Below are positions 60,220 through 64,000 of a stretch of DNA of 64,000 nt, piece by piece. This DNA is from Naegleria gruberi (lineage: Eukaryota): the NCBI GenBank assembly GCA_000004985.1, contig GG738865.1. One strand, given 5' to 3'. Position 1 is the stretch's first letter. Each line of letters opens with the position of its first letter. Both the position numbers and the translations under genes were made by a program. Under the pieces are notes generated by a model, which ran no database searches, was not told where the DNA came from, and was given only the letters and a program-made list of their open reading frames with translations.

Positions 60220-61798
60220 TCAATTATACTATTTATTATCGCAATGATCATTAGTAATCACCATCATCAGTATGTAAATTGTGAATCATCATCATCATCT
60301 GTAACATCTACATCTTCATCAAATGATTCACAACAACAACAACAATATTTAGAAGAATTTAATATATTAAAAACATTAGATTCTAAAAATACAATTTTTC
60401 ATTATAAATTTACAATGAATAACATGACAAGTATGAATAATATTCAATATTTAACAAATAAATATAATTTAAATGAATTAAAATTAACATTTACAAGAGG
60501 AAGATATAATTATAAAGATTGGGGAATTTATGATAAAATTTCACCAAATGGTTTAACTTTACAAGTTAATTTTAAAAATATTCAAAATTTCCAAATATGG
60601 GATAATTTAGTAAATGAATTAAGTGGAATATTTTGTGCAAGTATTAATTTTTTAACTCAATATGAACAACGTAGAGTTTATAATAGTGGTATTGTAAATT
60701 ATTTAAATAATAATACTATATATGGTACTTTAAGTGAAGAAACAATTTGTACTGAAAATTTAACTCCTTTTAAATCAATTTTACCTTTTAGAGGTAATAT
60801 GGGATTAAGTTATTTATTAAATCCTAAATTTTTATTTAATAGTTTATATTTTAGTATGGATATTACTATTAATAGTAATAATAATATTATTTTAAATTTT
60901 TATAAAATTTCTAAAATTAATCAAGAAGATTTTAAATTTATTTTAAATAAGAAATTTAAATTAATTATTCCATATGGTAAAATAATTATAAATGATTATA
61001 TTAATCAATTAAATAATTTAAATGAATTAAAATCTAATTTTACTATTTATAATAATTATATTGAAAATAAAAAAATTAAAAAATCAACTATTTTAATTAA
61101 AAGATATCAATTAAATAATAAATTAATTACAGATTTAGAAATATTAAATAATAATATAAATGAAATTTGTTATTATGATGTAATACCATGGTATTTTAAA
61201 TCATTTATTCATACCTTAAAAGTAAATGATATTTCAATTCAAAATTTAAATTATTTAAATTTTATTAAAATTTTACCTCAAAAAGATAGAACAAATCCTT
61301 TAATTTTAAATTTATGTTTTAATTATTTAAAATTTATTAAAAATAATAATTTAAATAATACTATTACTAATAAATAATAATAATAATATTAAAATTAGTA
61401 TTGAATTTGAAAAGACATATTTAAAATATACAGAACATGCACCTGATGCCAATAGAGGTTTTGATTTAAGTAGTGCAATTATTACCACTAGAATTAATTC
61501 TAATATTAATTCTAATAATGAAATAATAGATTACAATGATTACAATGATTACAATGATAATAATGAACAAATATTATATAGTGATAGTTTATTAATTAGT
61601 TTACCTACACCTGATTTTAGTATGCCATATAATGTTATTACATTAACATGTACAATTATTGTTTTATTCTTTGGATCAATGTTTAATTTATTAATTAGAA
61701 GATTTAATTCACGTTATGAATCCGATCAATCAAAATCTTTATTAGAACGTTTAATTTCTTTTATTAGTAAGATTTTTAAAAAGAATAAACAAGATTAA
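60220..61798 (+). CDS. pigT: GPI transamidase component PIG-T/Gpi16 orthologue. It is 5'-partial because it runs into the N gap. The frame is interrupted by a 1-nt indel in an (AAT)n run: segment A is 60220-61377 in frame 1, segment B is 61355-61798 in the +1 frame, and the stop is TAA at 61796-61798.
   Basis: Seen in sequence: the ORF at 60244-61377 stays open upstream to 60220, the first readable codon after the gap. There it encodes SIILFIIAMIIS, the hydrophobic core of a signal peptide, so the true start lies inside the gap. The translation carries motifs I recognise from human PIG-T: LSGIFCAS(I/L)NF; (V/I)CTENLTP(W/F)K..LP...GLS.LL, including the conserved Cys that I recall as Cys182 of human PIG-T, the partner of the PIG-K disulfide; and (V/I)PWY(L/F)..(Y/F)(V/I)HTL. 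Downstream, the +1 frame at 61355-61798 encodes NNNNNIKISIEFEKTYLKYTEHAPDANRGF...[43 protein letters not shown]...KNKQD*. This matches the human C-terminus ..[24 protein letters not shown]...[38 protein letters not shown], including the single C-terminal transmembrane helix. The two frames overlap across 61355-61377. Deleting one A from 'aaa' at 61372-61374 joins them as ...TITNNNNNNIKISIEFEK. Confidence 0.85.
60286..60345 (+). repeat. Low-complexity coding repeats near the PIG-T N-terminus: a (TCA)n Ser run at 60286-60300 and a (CAA)5 Gln run at 60331-60345
   Basis: Direct reading: 'tcatcatcatcatct' and 'caacaacaacaacaa'. They encode SSSSS and QQQQQ within the insert ...NHHHQYVNCESSSSSVTSTSSSNDSQQQQQYLEEF that sits between the signal peptide and the conserved domain. 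Confidence 0.8.
61369..61387 (+). repeat. (AAT)n trinucleotide microsatellite, imperfect ('aataaataataataataat'), containing the apparent frameshift within pigT
   Basis: Direct reading: aat aaa taa taa taa taa t. It would be a perfect (aat)6-7 run if one A were removed. It would encode poly-Asn in the restored frame. Confidence 0.8.
61529..61564 (+). repeat. In-frame 9-bp tandem repeat (gattacaat) x3 plus a degenerate fourth unit (gataataat). It encodes DYNDYNDYNDNN in the PIG-T lumenal tail.
   Basis: Direct reading of 'gattacaatgattacaatgattacaatgataataat', in the frame of pigT segment B. Confidence 0.8.
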
Positions 61799-62012
61799 AT
61801 TTTATAAAATTTCAATGTATATATTTATAGTATTTAAAAATAATACAAGAATACAAGAATAACATATACCTAGTAGTAATGGTAATGGTAGTAAGAAATA
61901 TAAAGCCTTTACCACAAAATGTGCGAGAAGCCAATGTTGGTTTGTGTTGGTTGGAGGGAAAATGATATTGTACTTTTTGGCGCCAAATTTAAATTCAACC
62001 ACTACAAAAAAA
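61799..62012 (+). promoter_or_regulatory. Intergenic spacer of about 215 bp. It must hold both the pigT 3'UTR/polyadenylation region and the IFT140 promoter and 5'UTR. There is an A-run at 62005-62012 immediately before the ATG.
   Basis: The spacer lies between the pigT stop (61796-61798) and the IFT140 ATG (62013). It is very AT-rich apart from a comparatively GC-richer block at about 61915-61990 (aatgtgcgagaagccaatgttggtttgtgttggttggagggaaaatg...ggcgccaaa). Short direct repeats are present: 'tacaagaatacaagaat' and 'taatggtaatggta'. The A-run-then-ATG start context ('acaaaaaaaatg') is typical of AT-rich eukaryotes. I cannot map any specific motif. Confidence 0.3.
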
Positions 62013-62456
62013 ATGTCTTCTACACTTCCACCTTCTGCCAGTTCTTCATCTTTATACAATATTGGATTAGTCACTGGAACATTTGGAAATAGTGTAATAT
62101 ATGAAAATTTTACATTACAAGGAACAACCAATAACAAGTTCCATTCTCCTGTTTGTAGTCAGTGGCATCGTAAATATCCACTATTGGCTATTTCTAAGGC
62201 TAATGGTGTAGTTTCAGTGTATGACGATCACGGAGAAAAAAACGAAAGAGTTAATTTATCTAGATCATCTAATTGTACAGCTATCGGGTGGCATCCTACA
62301 AAATTTATTCTTTGTACAGGTTGGAAAGATGGTGCCATTCTTTTATACAATGATAAAGACCCTCATAATCAAAAGGAAATTGAATTGGAAGAACATGGTA
62401 AAATTTGTGCTATTAAATGGTCTCCTGATGGTGAGAGATTAATAACTGCTCATCAA
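62013..62456 (+). CDS. IFT140: IFT140-like intraflagellar transport protein (IFT-A complex WD40/TPR subunit), exon 1 of 148 codons. An alternative in-frame ATG at 61962 cannot be excluded.
   Basis: The translation is MSSTLPPSASSSSLYNIGLVTGTFGNSVIYENF...FHSPVCSQWHRKYPLLAISKANGVVSVYDDHGE...CTAIGWHPTKFILCTGWKDGAILLYNDKDPHNQ...ICAIKWSPDGERLITAHQ. These are WD repeats whose spacing and residues match what I recall of the human IFT140 N-terminus (..FISWHPVHPFLAVAY.., ..[31 protein letters not shown].., ..ITVLRWSPSGNCLLSGD..). The exon ends with a complete codon, CAA (Q), immediately before 'gtaagt'. The track's listed ORF start at 61944 is a GTG, not an ATG. Confidence 0.75.
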
Positions 62457-62542
62457 GTAAGTTGTTTCTTCTTCCTCAATAATAATAATTCTAATCGTTT
62501 CTTTAATACAAAAATATGAACAATTATTCTTAATAATAATAG
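62457..62542 (+). other. Spliceosomal intron, 86 bp, GT-AG, phase 0, within the IFT140-like gene
   Basis: The 5' end is 'gtaagt' at 62457-62462. The 3' end is 'ttcttaataataatag' with AG at 62541-62542. The intron is extremely AT-rich. Reading through it gives TGA at 62517-62519, which is exactly where the track's 191-aa ORF ends. Downstream frame is closed by TAG at 62540-62542 and opens at 62543. Joining the exons gives ...LITAHQ|DGNIGIWKFEGG, a canonical WD-repeat continuation. Confidence 0.8.
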
Positions 62543-64000
62543 GATGGTAATATTGGTATTTGGAAATTTGAAGGAGGAAAACTCAAACACATTTTGAACT
62601 ATGAAAATCCTGGAAATGTTGTGGAAACACCAGAACAAATTGTATTTAAAACTAATAGAGATCCATCAACAGAATTGTCTTGGATTTTCTTTGTTGGTGT
62701 TTCTACAGGACAAGGTTCTAAAATTGTTGTAGGTGTTGCCGATGATTTGGCAGAAAATTTACAAAAATCACAAAATGGTACTGTTAGATATGAATCACTT
62801 AATGATACTGGTATTCAATTTAATGGATCTCAAATTATGAGTGTATTATTCCATAGAGAAAAATCTCAATTAGTTTTATTGACAGATACAGCTTTATTAG
62901 TTGTTTATAAAATCAATGCTTCGATTAGTAAGCCTAATGAAATTGGAATGAAACAAGTAATGAGAACTAAAATTAGTATTTCTAATAGTACAGGTGCAAC
63001 AATTAAAACATTATGGGTTGGATCAGGTGTTATTGCAACCATTACAAGTAATGAGAGTATGGTAAGAGTTTGGAATTTAGAAACAGATGAAAATACAACA
63101 CTCATGTTGAACTCTCCTCTAGAACATGAAGTTGTCATTTCATTTTCATTCAATCCTCAAAAGAGAGCCATTGTTGCTGGTACAAGTACAGGTAGATTAG
63201 TATTTTGGGTTTTTACTGGTAATCAAAAGACAAGAGATCAATGGGAAAAGTATGGAGAATATTCTTTACCAAGTAGAGCTTCTGTTAATATGGTTAGTTG
63301 GGGATGTGGTGAAAAGGTTTTATGTTATGGTAGTGGAGAGAATAATGATATTGAAATTTTACAAGAAACAAGTTTCAAGAAGAGAATGAAGAATAATACC
63401 ATTGCCATTCAAAATTCTTTAAACACAGTAGTAATTGGAAAACCAAACTTTGCACCAGGAGAAGATAAAATTCCACCAAGAACAATCAAAACAGGTATTA
63501 ATATTAGAGATTTTGATCATACAGATACTCATATCATTGTTTCAAATAATAGCGTTTTAGAATTATTTGAAACTAGAGGTACAGAATTAATTAGAAAAGC
63601 AGAAGCATTTGAAATTCCATCAATTTGTGTTGGTTTACACTCTGAAAGTATCTTTGTTCCAACTAATGGATCAGTTAATTCTAATCCAAGAATTGAAGTA
63701 TACAGTTTCAAAGGTATTAAGAAACAAACTTTACAATTAAGTGAAGAAGAAGGAGTTCCAATTTGTATTGATGTCCAAAGTGATTTTATTACAATTGCAA
63801 CAAATACTAATCATGTTAGAATGTGGCATGTTTTGGGAAGAGAAGCAAAACCAGTTTCAGTTTCAAAGAGAGTTTTTGATAATAATGAATCAGATTCATC
63901 TGAAAAGACTTATATTTCAAGTGTAAAATGTAATTGTAATGGTACAATGTTAGCTTTACTTGGTAAATTGAAGAATGAAGGTGAAATGGATTTACTTACA
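62543..64000 (+). CDS. IFT140: IFT140-like protein, exon 2. It is 3'-partial: 486 codons are open to the end of the window and the CDS continues beyond it.
   Basis: The frame is open from 62543 to 64000 with no stop codon. The translation is DGNIGIWKFEGGKLKHILNYENPGNVVETPEQIVFKTNRDPSTELSWIFFVGVSTGQGSKIVVGVADDLAENLQKSQNGTVRYESLNDTGIQFNGSQIMSVLFHREKSQLVLLTDTALLVVYKINASISKPNEIGMKQVMRTKISISNSTGATIKTLWVGSGVIATITSNESMVRVWNLETDENTTL...SFNPQKRAIVAGTSTGRLVFWVFTGNQ... These blocks align with human IFT140 as I recall it: [48 protein letters not shown]..., ...[29 protein letters not shown], ...[24 protein letters not shown]. All overlapping ORFs in the track (62453-62638 minus, 62905-63153 minus, 63529-63711 minus, 63741-63926 plus) fall in other frames of this exon. 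Confidence 0.8.

Noticed and set aside
61375-61404. Ciliate-style genetic code, with TAA/TAG read as Gln, to read through the pigT stop
   Set aside because: Reading TAA/TAG as Q continues frame 1 only to a TGA at 61402-61404 and never reaches the conserved C-terminus, which is in the +1 frame. The IFT140 region has no in-frame TAA or TAG in more than 630 codons and uses CAA for Gln, so it is consistent with the standard code.
61316-61414. Possibility that the pigT frame change is a small intron rather than an indel
   Set aside because: GT at 61316 with AG at 61398 gives an 83-bp intron, but it leaves phase 1 and splices into a frame with an immediate stop (L L N L K R H I *). GT at 61398 with AG at 61414 is only 17 bp. 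No GT...AG combination joins the two conserved frames. A 1-nt deletion in the AAT tract does.
61802-62137. Minus-strand ORF of 111 aa overlapping the spacer and the 5' end of the IFT140-like gene
   Set aside because: The translation is low complexity and I recognise no similarity. It is antisense to a strongly conserved WD-repeat coding region and partly lies in the AT-rich spacer. Long open frames on the opposite strand of AT-poor-codon genes are common artefacts.
62221-62442. Plus-strand ORF of 73 aa in an alternate frame inside IFT140 exon 1
   Set aside because: It sits entirely within the conserved WD-repeat exon in a different frame and shows no recognisable motif.
62453-63926. Short ORFs 62453-62638 (-), 62905-63153 (-), 63529-63711 (-) and 63741-63926 (+)
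   Set aside because: All overlap IFT140 exon 2 in other frames or on the other strand. The exon-2 frame carries block-by-block similarity to IFT140, so these are overprinting artefacts. The first also spans the intron.
60219-64000. Prokaryotic-style features: operons, CRISPR arrays, defence systems, IS elements, tRNA or rRNA genes
   Set aside because: None are present. The readable sequence is eukaryotic (spliceosomal intron; PIG-T and IFT140 orthologues). No repeat-spacer periodicity, inverted-repeat-flanked transposase or structured RNA was seen. The only repeats are coding microsatellites.

Overview
Positions 1-60218 are all 'n' (an assembly gap or masked region), so only 60219-64000, about 3.8 kb, is readable. 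The readable part is eukaryotic rather than prokaryotic: it is extremely AT-rich, codon third positions are almost always A/T, proteins are rich in Asn, Gln and Ser runs, the intergenic spacer is about 215 bp, and there is an 86-bp AT-rich GT-AG intron. It holds two tightly packed genes, both on the + strand.

(1) A 5'-truncated orthologue of the GPI-transamidase subunit PIG-T/Gpi16. It shows the recognisable conserved motifs LSGIFCASINF, TICTENLTPF, IPWYF..IHTL, KISIEFEKTYLKYTEHAPD and [18 protein letters not shown], plus a C-terminal transmembrane helix. Its reading frame is broken by an apparent 1-nt insertion inside an (AAT)n microsatellite at about 61369-61387.

(2) The first ~634 codons of an IFT140-like WD40 intraflagellar-transport protein. 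Exon 1 is 62013-62456, a phase-0 intron runs 62457-62542, and exon 2 runs from 62543 to the window end and continues beyond it.

The six-frame ORF track fragments both genes and lists several alternate-frame artefacts. No CRISPR array, defence island, mobile element or RNA gene is visible. The most interesting points are the IFT140 orthologue sitting in a Dictyostelium-like sequence context, which implies a flagellated AT-rich lineage, and the microsatellite frameshift in an essential GPI-anchoring gene. Organism identity cannot be settled from this fragment.
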